Part shown: positions 17,848-27,765 of the stretch, in pieces
Position numbering within the stretch: the first letter of the stretch is position 1
How the letters are laid out: every line of letters begins with the position of its first letter
Source of the DNA: a virus
Lineage: Duplodnaviria; Caudoviricetes
Reading direction: 5' to 3' (one strand)
DNA: 38,715 nt
Virus record (IMG/VR): IMGVR_UViG_3300032332_001579
Location: 1-38,715 of that record
Notes under the pieces: model-generated
Seen by the model: the letters and a program-made list of their open reading frames with translations, nothing else
Databases searched by the model: none
Told to the model about the DNA's origin: nothing
Program-made: the position numbers and the translations under genes

Positions 17848-19301
17848 GTGTAGGTATTATAACCTATAATAGGCCAGACTATTATAAATTGGTATTAAAC
17901 ACTATACCGAGAAATAAAATTACAAAATTAGTTATAGTCAATGACGGGGAAAATGTTTATGTAGACCCTAAAGATGCAGACACAGTTATTCACAATAAAC
18001 AGCAATTAGGTGTAGCAAAATCTAAAAATAAAGCTCTTAAAGAATTGGTAGATCTAGGATGTGAACATTTGTTTTTAATAGAAGATGACATTCTTATCAA
18101 AGATTCAAATGTTTTTGATGAATACATAAGAGCTGCTAACTCCGCAGGAATACATCATTTATGTTATGAAAAGGTTGCAGGTAATGAAAGAGAATTAAAA
18201 TATACCTTAGAACAACCAGATGGATCAAAAATAGGATTTTATCATAATCCTCAAGGAGCATTTATGTATATAAATGCAAATTTAATTAAAAAATTAGGTT
18301 ATTTTGATGAAAATTATACAAATGCTTTTGAACATATAGACTTTGCATACAATCTTATAAAAAAGAAAGTAGCTCCTCCTTTTTGGTATTTTCCTGATCT
18401 TTATAACAGTGAAAAATATCTTACAGATATTGAAGGCAGTAGCCAAAATTCTTCTATTACTAATAAAGACAAATATCAAGAAAATTGGCAAAAATCAGCT
18501 GAATATTTCACAAAAAAATGGGGTTATTTCACCAATAAAATTCAAGATGTCGGAGTAAAAGGATTGTTATTATCTTTGATAGAACTTCAATCGCGTTATA
18601 GTAGAAAGAAAATAATAAACAAAGACAAAAAACTTTCTATTATAATTCCTTATAGAGATAGAATACCAGCTTTAACACAAATCATACCAGCTTTGCAATC
18701 ATATGTTGCAAAACAAGTTGAAGATTTTGAAATTATTGTTGTAGAACAAGACAATAATAAACCTTTTAACAAGGGGTTATTAAACAATATAGCATTTACA
18801 CAAGCTAAAGGAGATTATGTATGTTTTCATGATGTAGACTTAATTCCAGAAATATCAGATTACAGTTATCCATTAAAACCTTCACATATTAGCAGTCATT
18901 GCAGTCAATTTTATTATAATAATATTCCAGATAAAATTATGGGAGGTGTTATTTTATTTACTAACGAACATTATCAGCAAGTAAACGGTTACAGTAATGA
19001 ATTTAATGGATGGGGTAAAGAAGATGATGATCTCTATGCTAGATGTGAAAAAGAAAACTTACATCCGTATAAACATCCTTTCGGTAAATTTTATAGTATG
19101 CCTCACCCCCATCGTTTGACTAATCCAGAAGAAAACACATACCATACAGCTAATGGACAAAGATTCAGAAACTATTTAGAAGGCTCACTAGGAAATGATT
19201 ATCATAAAAAAGACGGATTGAATAATTGTAAAAATATGGTAAAATATGTAAAAGTGAAAGAAAGTAAGGATAATTTTACCCACTTTTTAATCGATTTTTA
19301 A
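17823..19301 (+). CDS. two-domain glycosyltransferase: GT2 + GT7 (beta-1,4-galactosyltransferase-like)
   Basis: N-domain ITYNRP..EDD..EHID; C-domain IIIPYRDR, FNKGLLNN, FHDVDL, VNGYSNEFNGWGKEDDD. Confidence 0.85.
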   Translation: METIPSKIGVGIITYNRPDYYKLVLNTIPRNKITKLVIVNDGENVYVDPKDADTVIHNKQQLGVAKSKNKALKELVDLGCEHLFLIEDDILIKDSNVFDEYIRAANSAGIHHLCYEKVAGNERELKYTLEQPDGSKIGFYHNPQGAFMYINANLIKKLGYFDENYTNAFEHIDFAYNLIKKKVAPPFWYFPDLYNSEKYLTDIEGSSQNSSITNKDKYQENWQKSAEYFTKKWGYFTNKIQDVGVKGLLLSLIELQSRYSRKKIINKDKKLSIIIPYRDRIPALTQIIPALQSYVAKQVEDFEIIVVEQDNNKPFNKGLLNNIAFTQAKGDYVCFHDVDLIPEISDYSYPLKPSHISSHCSQFYYNNIPDKIMGGVILFTNEHYQQVNGYSNEFNGWGKEDDDLYARCEKENLHPYKHPFGKFYSMPHPHRLTNPEENTYHTANGQRFRNYLEGSLGNDYHKKDGLNNCKNMVKYVKVKESKDNFTHFLIDF

Positions 19302-19847
19302 ATGCACAAAAGGCTTTCAATTTTAGTATGTTCAACAGAAGAACGTAAAGGATGCTTTCAAAACCTTGCTAGAGTTTTGAAAGCTCAATCAAATTCGTAT
19401 GTAGAACTTTTAGCCAACATAGATAATGGTCTTAAAACTATTGGGGCAAAAAGAAATGAATTACTAGAAAGTGCTAAAGGGGATTATGTATGTTTTGTTG
19501 ATGATGATGACATGCTTTCCCCTTTTTATACATCTAAAATATTAGAAGCAATTAAAACTAATCCAGATTGTTGTGGTCTTGAAGGTATTATTACCTTTTC
19601 ATGTAAATATCCTAAAAAATTTATACATTCTTTGCGATATGATCATTGGTTTGAAAAAGAAGATATCTACTATAGATGTCCTAATCATCTTAATACTATT
19701 AAAAGAGAGATAGCATTAGATACTAAATTTCCAGATAAATCTTGGCAAGAAGATTTAGACTTTTCAACAAGGTTAAAGGGTAAACTTAAAACAGAAGTTT
19801 ATATAGATGAGCCTATTTACTACTATTACCCATCAAAAGGTTTTTAA
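19302..19847 (+). CDS. GT2 glycosyltransferase
   Basis: LSILV, IGAKRNELL, AKGDYVCFVDDDD, EDLDF. Confidence 0.8.
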   Translation: MHKRLSILVCSTEERKGCFQNLARVLKAQSNSYVELLANIDNGLKTIGAKRNELLESAKGDYVCFVDDDDMLSPFYTSKILEAIKTNPDCCGLEGIITFSCKYPKKFIHSLRYDHWFEKEDIYYRCPNHLNTIKREIALDTKFPDKSWQEDLDFSTRLKGKLKTEVYIDEPIYYYYPSKGF

Positions 19848-19851
19848 TATT

Positions 19852-21120
19852 ATGAATGACAAACTTTTAATCAAATTTCCTACCAGAGGAAGACCGGACA
19901 AATTTTTTAAGGTTTTGGAAGAGTATATAAACAAAGCAAAAAATTTGGAACACATTGCATTTTTAATTTCTTTGGATACTGATGATATCAGTATGAACAA
20001 TGAAAATATTATAATTAAATTAAAAGAATACCAAAAAAAGGTTAAATTAATTTATTTTTTCGGAAATAGTAAAACTAAAATTGAAGCTATTAATGCCGAT
20101 ATGGGAAAGGTGTCTGGGTGGGATATTCTATTATTAGCGTCAGATGATATGGTTCCTGTGGTAAATGGTTATGACACCATCGTTCGCAAAGATATGAATG
20201 ACCATTTTCGAGATTTAGATGGTGTACTTTGGTATAATGATGGTGGGCAAAATAATATTAATACCTTAAGCATTTTAGGGAAAAAATATTATGATAGATT
20301 CAATTATATATATCATCCAGACTATATCAGTTTATGGTGTGATAATGAATTTACAGAAGTTTCAAAAAGATTGAACAAGGTTTATAAATCAGATCAAATT
20401 ATTATAGAACACCAGCATCCAGTCTATCAAAAAACAAATTATGATCAATTATACGTTAGAAACGAATCCTATTATAACATAGATCAAGAAACTTATAAAA
20501 AAAGAGAAGTTTTCAATTTTTCTTTAGACGATTTTAATCAAAAACTTTTTTCAATTCTTATAACTAGTATACCAGAAAGAATTGACAATTTAAAAAAAAT
20601 TATAAACAAATTAGAATTCCAAATTTTAAAAAATAATTTGGATAAACAAGTAGAAATACTGAGCTTTGTAGATAATCGCTCTCGTTCTGTAGGTCTCAAA
20701 AGGCAAAATTTATTAGATGTCAGCGAAGGCAAGTTTATATCTTATCTAGATGATGATGACGATATATCAGATGACTATGTAGAAAAAATAATAAAAGCTA
20801 TAAAGTTGAATTCTAATGTGGACGTTATTTCTTTCAATCAAGAAGCAAAGATTAATCAACATGCACCGGTTACTGTATATTTTGGTCTTCAGTATGAAAA
20901 TACAGAGTTTATACCGAATCAACCAATATATCGCAAACCGTTTCATATGTGTGCTTGGAATAAAAAAGTAGCAAAACAGGTTGAATTTAAAAATATATCT
21001 TTAACAGAAGATTGGTGTTGGATTGAATCTTTGTGTAAAATAGCTAAGACAGAACATCATATAGACGACATTTTACATTATTATATTTTTAACGAAAACA
21101 GCACTACCTCTAATTGGTAA
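19852..21120 (+). CDS. two-domain GT-A glycosyltransferase
   Basis: KFPTRGRP..LASDDM..WCDNE; second domain FSILI..VGLKRQ..YLDDDDD..EDW; ATG 19852 preferred over 19807. Confidence 0.8.
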   Translation: MNDKLLIKFPTRGRPDKFFKVLEEYINKAKNLEHIAFLISLDTDDISMNNENIIIKLKEYQKKVKLIYFFGNSKTKIEAINADMGKVSGWDILLLASDDMVPVVNGYDTIVRKDMNDHFRDLDGVLWYNDGGQNNINTLSILGKKYYDRFNYIYHPDYISLWCDNEFTEVSKRLNKVYKSDQIIIEHQHPVYQKTNYDQLYVRNESYYNIDQETYKKREVFNFSLDDFNQKLFSILITSIPERIDNLKKIINKLEFQILKNNLDKQVEILSFVDNRSRSVGLKRQNLLDVSEGKFISYLDDDDDISDDYVEKIIKAIKLNSNVDVISFNQEAKINQHAPVTVYFGLQYENTEFIPNQPIYRKPFHMCAWNKKVAKQVEFKNISLTEDWCWIESLCKIAKTEHHIDDILHYYIFNENSTTSNW

Positions 21121-21938
21121 TGAAAATGGATCTTCATCATAGCCAATACGACCCAAACACAAAAACTTTATACGGTCATCATCAGTCGGGCTTTTATTCT
21201 TGTATTAATCAAGTCCGTAATAGTATATATACACTTCTTAACGAAGAAATTATTCCAGAAAACATATCTTTTCAGTCGACTCTAAATTGGTATAGAAATA
21301 ATGAAGATTTGTATCCTATTTTATATAAATTAAATCTTGAAAAGAAAGAAGAATTAAAAAAATATAAATTTAATCTTTTAAAATGGGATCCAACCTACGA
21401 GCTATTTAACAATCTAGACCCTAAACAAATAAAATTAATAGAAGAGGTTTACTTTTCACCCTCAGATACAGTTTTAAATTGTATTGAAAATCTTGAAAAA
21501 AAATATAATATAAATTATAATAATACGTTAGCGGTTTTACATCGCGGCACTGACAAGTATAAAGAAGCAAAATTACAAACAGTTGATTGGTGGCTTGAAC
21601 AATGTGATTCAATTATGTCGTGCTCGGATAAAATTTTGTTTCAATCAGATGAATTACAATTTAAAAATAAATTTTTAGAAAAATATAAAGAAAACATTTT
21701 TACATTTGAAGAAATGGTATTTGAAAATGAGTATATAACACCGAAAACAAATAAAATAGAATGGAGTATAAATTTTGAAAGTATTATGCACATTATATCT
21801 AAGTGTTATAAAATTTTCACCCACGCTGGAAATGGTGGTATTATTCCTATATTATATAGAGGAAATATTGAAAATGTTTACCAATGCAATCATGAAGGTA
21901 AATTTATAAATTACAATGAAAAAAATAATAACATTTAG
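21120..21938 (+). CDS. NodZ/GT23-like fucosyltransferase-type protein
   Basis: SGFYS, AVLHRGTDK, LFQSDE, IISKC..GN; ATG 21120 overlaps the previous stop. Confidence 0.55.
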   Translation: MKMDLHHSQYDPNTKTLYGHHQSGFYSCINQVRNSIYTLLNEEIIPENISFQSTLNWYRNNEDLYPILYKLNLEKKEELKKYKFNLLKWDPTYELFNNLDPKQIKLIEEVYFSPSDTVLNCIENLEKKYNINYNNTLAVLHRGTDKYKEAKLQTVDWWLEQCDSIMSCSDKILFQSDELQFKNKFLEKYKENIFTFEEMVFENEYITPKTNKIEWSINFESIMHIISKCYKIFTHAGNGGIIPILYRGNIENVYQCNHEGKFINYNEKNNNI

Positions 21939-22596
21939 TGTATTCGGTAATAAACCGATATATCAAAAAGGAGCTATAGAAAATCTTAAATTAGCTCAAA
22001 CCATTTATCCTGATTGGGTGTGCAGATTTTATTTATTTGAAGAAGACCATCTTATAGAAAAAGATTTAATAAAAATTTCTCCAAATGTTGAAATTGAAAA
22101 AATAGAAAAACCTGGCAGTTTTTATTCAACTTTATATAGATTTTTTCCTTTAAGCGAAGAAGGAGTAGAACGATTTGTGTCTAGAGACACAGATTCAAGA
22201 TTATCTTATAGAGAAAAAGAAGCTGTTGATGAATGGATAAAATCCGATAAAACCTACCATATAATGAAAGATCATCCTTACCATTTTACATCAGAATTTC
22301 CGATTTTAGCTGGTATGTGGGGGGGAAAGGGTGGAGTATTTAATGATATTAAATATACTTTAAATGAATTTATTAAAGAATCAAAAGACACCAAAGGAAT
22401 AGATCAAAAATTTTTATACGATTATTATCACGAAGTAGTTAAAGAAGACTATTTAGAACATACAAATGAAAATTTTCCTTCGTTGCGCAACTTTGAAAGA
22501 GACAAAATATATTTTGTAGGCCAGCCTATAGACGAAAATAATAATTTTACAGGGGACTGGGTTAATGATTTAAAAGTTTTAGGAGTAAGCACTTGA
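21916..22596 (+). CDS. putative GT-A fold glycosyltransferase-like protein
   Basis: IITFSVFG..YQKGAIEN..IYPDWVCRFY, RFFP, SRDTDSR (DxD), HIMKDHP, ILAGMWG, DQKFL. Confidence 0.55.
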   Translation: MKKIITFSVFGNKPIYQKGAIENLKLAQTIYPDWVCRFYLFEEDHLIEKDLIKISPNVEIEKIEKPGSFYSTLYRFFPLSEEGVERFVSRDTDSRLSYREKEAVDEWIKSDKTYHIMKDHPYHFTSEFPILAGMWGGKGGVFNDIKYTLNEFIKESKDTKGIDQKFLYDYYHEVVKEDYLEHTNENFPSLRNFERDKIYFVGQPIDENNNFTGDWVNDLKVLGVST

Positions 22597-23558
22597 AAAG
22601 GGTATTATTCCATGAAGGAGTGTTTTCTCAAGGGGGTACAACCAAAGCCTTATTAGATTATGCGATAAATAATGAGAAAATTTTAAACAATAAATCCTTT
22701 TTAGCATTTCACAAAATAGAAAACACTCAAAATAAAAATTTACTCGAAAATAAATTAAATGACTTAAAAGATAATTTTGAAATTTTAATATACAACAATT
22801 ATGAAGAACTGGAAAACTATATTAAAGATCAAGACATTCAATACCACTATGAATTAAAAAGTGGTGAAAAAACTGGATTTTTGAGTACTTTTGCAAAAAA
22901 TTGCATTCATGCGGTTTTCCCACAAAATTCTAATCAAATACACGGAGAAGTGTATGCGTTTATTTCAGAGTGGTTATCAAAACATAGTCAATTAAACATA
23001 CCATATGTTCCGCATATTGTGAATTGTGAAAACAATTTGGAACCTAAAAAATTTCGTGAAATTTATAATATACCAGAAAAAGCAAAAGTTTTTGGAAGGA
23101 TAGGTTCTTATAATGAATTTAATATAGACTTTGTATTTAATAGTATAAAAGAAACTTTAAATTTAGACAGCAATATCTGGTTTGTTTTTATTAATACTCC
23201 GAATTTTATAGAACATGAAAGAGTTTTGTTCCTTCCTGCAATTTTTAAAGAATCAGAAAAAGCTAATTTTGTAGAAAGTTGTAATGCTATGATACATGCA
23301 AGAACCCGCGGAGAAACTTTTGGATTGGCAATTTCAGAATTTTCAATTAAAAATAAACCGGTTTTCACCTATAAAAATTCTCCAGAACAAGCTCACATCG
23401 ACATTTTAAAAGACCAAGCGGTTTTATACGACAATGAAAAAAATTTAATTAATCTTTTCGTTGAATATGATTTTACACAATCTAAATCATATAACGCATA
23501 TCAACAATTTAATCCTTTATATGTTATGGAAAAATTTAACGATGTTTTTTTAAAATAA
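22593..23558 (+). CDS. GT-B (GT4-like) glycosyltransferase
   Basis: GGTTKALLDYA, VFGRIG, HARTRGETFGLAISEF..KPV. Confidence 0.75.
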   Translation: MKRVLFHEGVFSQGGTTKALLDYAINNEKILNNKSFLAFHKIENTQNKNLLENKLNDLKDNFEILIYNNYEELENYIKDQDIQYHYELKSGEKTGFLSTFAKNCIHAVFPQNSNQIHGEVYAFISEWLSKHSQLNIPYVPHIVNCENNLEPKKFREIYNIPEKAKVFGRIGSYNEFNIDFVFNSIKETLNLDSNIWFVFINTPNFIEHERVLFLPAIFKESEKANFVESCNAMIHARTRGETFGLAISEFSIKNKPVFTYKNSPEQAHIDILKDQAVLYDNEKNLINLFVEYDFTQSKSYNAYQQFNPLYVMEKFNDVFLK

Positions 23559-24157
23559 TGAATATACAAGCAATTAAAAAATATTTTGCGCCTAAAAGTA
23601 TTTTAGATATAGGTGCACATACTGGTGAATTTTACCATCTTTGTAGATCAAATTTCAATTTTGATAAATATTTTCTGATAGAAGGCAATGATAGTTGTGA
23701 ATCAGATTTAACGTCTTTAAACTTGCCTATGTATATAGGATTGGTAGGCAAAGAAATAGGAGAAATTGATTTTTATAAAACTAAAGAAGACCCTAAATCA
23801 ACCGGCAATTCTATATATCGAGAAAATACTAGACATTTCAAAGATGATAATGTAATCATTGAAAAGAAAAAAATTGTAACAATTGATTCATTAAACTTGG
23901 GTGATTTTGATTTAATAAAAATAGATACACAAGGTTCAGAGCTTGATATTTTAGAAGGAGCTCAAAATACAATTAAAAATACTAAAGGCATAATATTAGA
24001 AGTTTCTTTAATAAATTATAATGAAAATGCTCCTTTGATTAAAGATGTTTTAGAATATATGAAAAAAATAGGGTATGAAGAAAAGGAAACATTGAAAGAC
24101 CATCATTTTAGTGATGGAGAGCTTATTCAAAAGGACATACTTTTTTTACCTAAATGA
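23558..24157 (+). CDS. FkbM-family SAM methyltransferase
   Basis: ILDIGAHTG, LIEGN, LIKIDTQGSELDILEG, IILEV. Confidence 0.88.
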   Translation: MNIQAIKKYFAPKSILDIGAHTGEFYHLCRSNFNFDKYFLIEGNDSCESDLTSLNLPMYIGLVGKEIGEIDFYKTKEDPKSTGNSIYRENTRHFKDDNVIIEKKKIVTIDSLNLGDFDLIKIDTQGSELDILEGAQNTIKNTKGIILEVSLINYNENAPLIKDVLEYMKKIGYEEKETLKDHHFSDGELIQKDILFLPK

Positions 24158-24213
24158 AAATAGATAAAGCTATTTTTTTGGGATCTGATAGTCTAACATA
24201 TAGAATAATTTGA
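24154..24213 (+). pseudogene. possible truncated gene remnant (MKIDKAIFLGSDSLTYRII*)
   Basis: ATG overlaps the FkbM stop (ATGA) like other genes in the island, but the frame closes after 19 codons. Confidence 0.3.
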
Positions 24214-24269
24214 TTTTCTTATTAAAAAGAGTATTATACAAATATCTAAATTAACATAAAAAATAAGTT

Positions 24270-24908
24270 ATGATATACAATTTTAAATACGTAAAACGTC
24301 ACGATAGGACCGAAGTTATAGAGTATTTGTCCGAAAAAAACTTTACTAGAGTAATAGATTTAGGAGCATGTGCTGCATCGTGGTCTACTTCATATATAAC
24401 ACACTATGCAGATGTGCAAAGACATTCAAATTCTAATCTTCATGGTTTTGTTGGAAGCATTTGCACATTCAATGTCTGGGAAGAAATCCTTAAGGATGTA
24501 GAACAGCATGGCAAATATGATTTTGTAATATGCTCTCATACGCTAGAGGACATAAGTTCTCCTCAGTTAGTGTGTGAAATGATGCCTAAAATTGCAAATG
24601 AAGGATTTATTGCAGTTCCTTGTAAATACTCTGAACTCAAAAAACATGAAGGGTCATATTATGGGTATATTCATCATCGTTGGATCTTCAATAAAGAAGG
24701 AAATGAATTTGTCGCATATCCAAAATTGAACTTCATTGAATATTCTGATATTACAAACAAACTTTTTACTGGTAGAGATGTAGAAGATAGTTTAGAAATA
24801 AGCTTTTTTTGGAAAGACACTTTTAAAATGAAGGTTATAAATGGAGACTATATGGGACCGAATATTAGTTCGGTAATTGGTTATTTTAATGGGCTTTGCA
24901 CAGATTAA
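24270..24908 (+). CDS. class I SAM-dependent methyltransferase
   Basis: VIDLGAC, YDFVICSHTLEDI, GFIAVP, HHRW; TTGATT-N16-TATTAT at 24210-24237. Confidence 0.75.
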   Translation: MIYNFKYVKRHDRTEVIEYLSEKNFTRVIDLGACAASWSTSYITHYADVQRHSNSNLHGFVGSICTFNVWEEILKDVEQHGKYDFVICSHTLEDISSPQLVCEMMPKIANEGFIAVPCKYSELKKHEGSYYGYIHHRWIFNKEGNEFVAYPKLNFIEYSDITNKLFTGRDVEDSLEISFFWKDTFKMKVINGDYMGPNISSVIGYFNGLCTD

Positions 24909-24952
24909 ATCAAGCAAACTAATTTGATTTTTGGCAAAAAATAATATCTTTA

Positions 24953-26767
24953 ATGAAAAAAGTAGTTTTTAATAATTTAAAAATTAAAAACTTTCTCTCT
25001 ATTGGTGATCCTGGTATAGAATTATCTTTCAAATCAGGTATTACTCTTATAACCGGCGAAAATAAAGATAAAGATAGCCGCAATGGTGTAGGTAAAAGTT
25101 CTGTAATTGAATCAATATATTGGTGTTTATTTGGCTCCACTTTAAGAGACATTAAAAAAGATAAAATTTTACATAACCAAACTAAAAAAGATTGTAAAGT
25201 TATTTTAGAATTTTTTATTGAAGAAGGGCAATCAAAAAACCATTATCGAGTGGTAAGGTCATTAGAACCTAATAAAATATTATTAGAATTAGATAATAAA
25301 GATATATCACTTTCTTCAATACCCAAGACAGATGATTATATTAAAGAATTGATCGGAGCGAATGAAGAAGTTTTTCAAAATGCGGTTATTATGTCTGCTA
25401 ATAATACCGTGCCGTTCATGGCTCAGAAAAAGATTGATAAAAGAAAATTTGTCGAAGGCATTTTACAATTAAACATTTTTAGTGAAATGTTGTTAAAAGC
25501 TCGAGCCGACTTTAATGAAATTAAAAATGAAAACACTAAATTAAGCTCTAAATTTACAGAACAACAAAGAAATTTAGAAGTTTATAATAATCAAATAGAA
25601 AAAAATAAAAAAACCCGTCAATTTAAAATAGAACAAATTCAAGAAAAAATAGAAAATCATAAAGTTAAAATCGAAGAGATTTCATCTCTGGATATAAAGG
25701 TTTTAGAAGAACAACTACAAACAATAAAAGATAGTATAACCAAAAAAGAACAAGATTTAATAAATCTTCAAGATACAATAGCTCCAAAACTTAATGAAAA
25801 ATTAAAAAAACAAGAAGCTTTAATTCAAGAAATTGTATCTAACATTAAAAATTTAGAAAAATCAAAAACAGATATAAGCAACAAAGAAGGGGTTTGTACT
25901 CTTTGTAAAAGACCTTTTGAGGGTTTTGATGTTGCGGAACTTAAAATTCATCTATCAGATATAGAGACAGAATTAAAGAAAATTAAAAGCAATTATAATG
26001 AAGAGAGTTTAAAATTACAAACTTTAAAGAATAAAAGTCTAGAAATTTCAAAATTGAGTGTGTGTCTAAACAAAGAAATAAAAGAATTAAATGATCAAAA
26101 ACAAAAATTAATATTAGATTCTAAATCTTTAGAACAATTGAATTTAAGGATTCAGGAATTAACACAAGAACAAGAAGACCTCAAAAATGAAAAAGATAGC
26201 ATGGAAGATTTATTGACTAATACAGAAACAGAAATAAAAGAAACTGAATTTCAATTGCAAGAGGTTCAAAAGCAAATGTCTATATTAGACACTGTTAAGT
26301 TTGTTGTTTCTGAAGAAGGGGTTAAAACTTTTATTATTAAAAAAATGCTTAATTTGCTAAATTCAAAATTAAACTACTATTTGCAAATATTAGAAGCTCC
26401 TTGCACTTGTAATTTTAGTGAAACCTTTGAAGAAACTATTACTAATGAAAAGGGTAAAGAATGTTCTTATTTTAATTTTAGTGGTGGAGAACGGAAACGT
26501 ATAGATTTAGCTGTGTTATTTATGTTTCAAGATATGTTGAGAACACAATCCGCTACTTCATTTTCAATTAGTATGTATGATGAATTGTTTGATTCTGCTC
26601 TTGATGCGAAAGGGGTTGAAAAGATTTTAGAAATTTTAAAGAGCCGCACAGACAATTATAATGAATGTGTTTATATAGTGTCTCATAACAAAGAAGCTCT
26701 TAAAGTTGGTGTAGATCAAGTGTTGTTATTGGAAAAATTAAACGGTCAGACATATTTAATTGCTTGA
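24953..26767 (+). CDS. recombination ATPase (gp46/Rad50/SbcC-like)
   Basis: KNFLSIG, NGVGKSS, coiled coil with CTLC hook, FSGGERKR, YDELFDSALD, VSH. Confidence 0.93.
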   Translation: MKKVVFNNLKIKNFLSIGDPGIELSFKSGITLITGENKDKDSRNGVGKSSVIESIYWCLFGSTLRDIKKDKILHNQTKKDCKVILEFFIEEGQSKNHYRVVRSLEPNKILLELDNKDISLSSIPKTDDYIKELIGANEEVFQNAVIMSANNTVPFMAQKKIDKRKFVEGILQLNIFSEMLLKARADFNEIKNENTKLSSKFTEQQRNLEVYNNQIEKNKKTRQFKIEQIQEKIENHKVKIEEISSLDIKVLEEQLQTIKDSITKKEQDLINLQDTIAPKLNEKLKKQEALIQEIVSNIKNLEKSKTDISNKEGVCTLCKRPFEGFDVAELKIHLSDIETELKKIKSNYNEESLKLQTLKNKSLEISKLSVCLNKEIKELNDQKQKLILDSKSLEQLNLRIQELTQEQEDLKNEKDSMEDLLTNTETEIKETEFQLQEVQKQMSILDTVKFVVSEEGVKTFIIKKMLNLLNSKLNYYLQILEAPCTCNFSETFEETITNEKGKECSYFNFSGGERKRIDLAVLFMFQDMLRTQSATSFSISMYDELFDSALDAKGVEKILEILKSRTDNYNECVYIVSHNKEALKVGVDQVLLLEKLNGQTYLIA

Positions 26768-26791
26768 TTTACATACAAACCACCATATAAT
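26764..26791 (+). promoter_or_regulatory. sigma70-like promoter
   Basis: TTGATT-N16-TATAAT, 6 nt before ATG 26798. Confidence 0.6.
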
Positions 26792-26794
26792 ATG

Positions 26795-26844
26795 AATATG
26801 ATTGATATTAATAGCGAAACCTTGTTTTTATCGGATGATAAAGT
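26795..26844 (+). repeat. 50-bp direct repeat copy 1 (duplicated 5' end of queE)
   Basis: aatatgattgatattaatagcgaaaccttgtttttatcggatgataaagt matches 27765-27814 at 49/50 positions. Confidence 0.95.
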
Positions 26845-26850
26845 AATAAA

Positions 26851-27765
26851 ATGAAGTTATATTTTTTAGGTTTAGAACATTTAAATGTAGAAAAATTGAT
26901 GGATTGGCATAGTGCTTTTTCTATTATACCGTATATTTCGACAGAAACTTATGAAGAAGTTAAAAAACAAAAAAATAGTATAGTATACGAAACAATATTT
27001 TCAAATCTTTTTTTAAACGGCTCGCTTTTAGATCATCAAATTACAAAGAATGTAGAAGAGTCAGATTTTTTAATATACCCATACAAACTAAATGATGGTA
27101 TCAAAAATTATTTAGATGTGGCAAAAAAATATAATAAAAAAATCATCACCTTTTATTTTGATGACAATTCTACACCTTTCAATATACCACCAGAAGTTGT
27201 TTTATTTAGAAGTTCTATTAACAGGTCTTTAAAAAAAGACAACGAAAGATGCCTTCCTTATATCGCACCAGATCAAAAATTTACAAACGTTACGCCTAAA
27301 GAAAAAATTGGGTTCGTTGGTCGAACACAGCACGGAAGATTAGAGCTTTTAGAGTCTTTAAAGAAAAATTCTGATATAGAAACGGATTTTATATACAGAG
27401 ATGGTTACTGGCATCATTGGGCCGATACCGAAAATAAGCAAATAATTTCTCGACGAGAATATAATAAAAACTTAGCAGAATGTAAATACCATTTTTGCTA
27501 CAGAGGTCACGGAAATTTTAGTTACAGATTCACAGAAATTTTAAACTTTGGGAGAATTCCGATACTTGTTGATAGTGATACAGTTTTACCTTATAATGAT
27601 GTAATCAAATGGGACGATTATATAATGTTTATTAATCCTACTGAAATCCAAGATATTGCAAATATTATCAAAACTCGTAAATATTCCTGTGAAAAGAACA
27701 GAGCACTATGGGAAGATTATTTCTCTCCGTGTGGGTATTTTAACAAATTTTTAACCGAAGTATAA
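26851..27765 (+). CDS. exostosin-like (GT47) glycosyltransferase
   Basis: IGFVG, EYNKNLAECKYHFCYRGHGNFSYRFTEILNFGRIPILV..LPY..IKW, R.LWE. Confidence 0.8.
   Translation: MKLYFLGLEHLNVEKLMDWHSAFSIIPYISTETYEEVKKQKNSIVYETIFSNLFLNGSLLDHQITKNVEESDFLIYPYKLNDGIKNYLDVAKKYNKKIITFYFDDNSTPFNIPPEVVLFRSSINRSLKKDNERCLPYIAPDQKFTNVTPKEKIGFVGRTQHGRLELLESLKKNSDIETDFIYRDGYWHHWADTENKQIISRREYNKNLAECKYHFCYRGHGNFSYRFTEILNFGRIPILVDSDTVLPYNDVIKWDDYIMFINPTEIQDIANIIKTRKYSCEKNRALWEDYFSPCGYFNKFLTEV

Noticed and set aside
24207-24931. 11-bp repeat AATTTGATTTT flanking the second methyltransferase as a target-site duplication
   Set aside because: Short and AT-rich, and it coincides with the TTGATT -35 motif, so chance or promoter reuse explains it.
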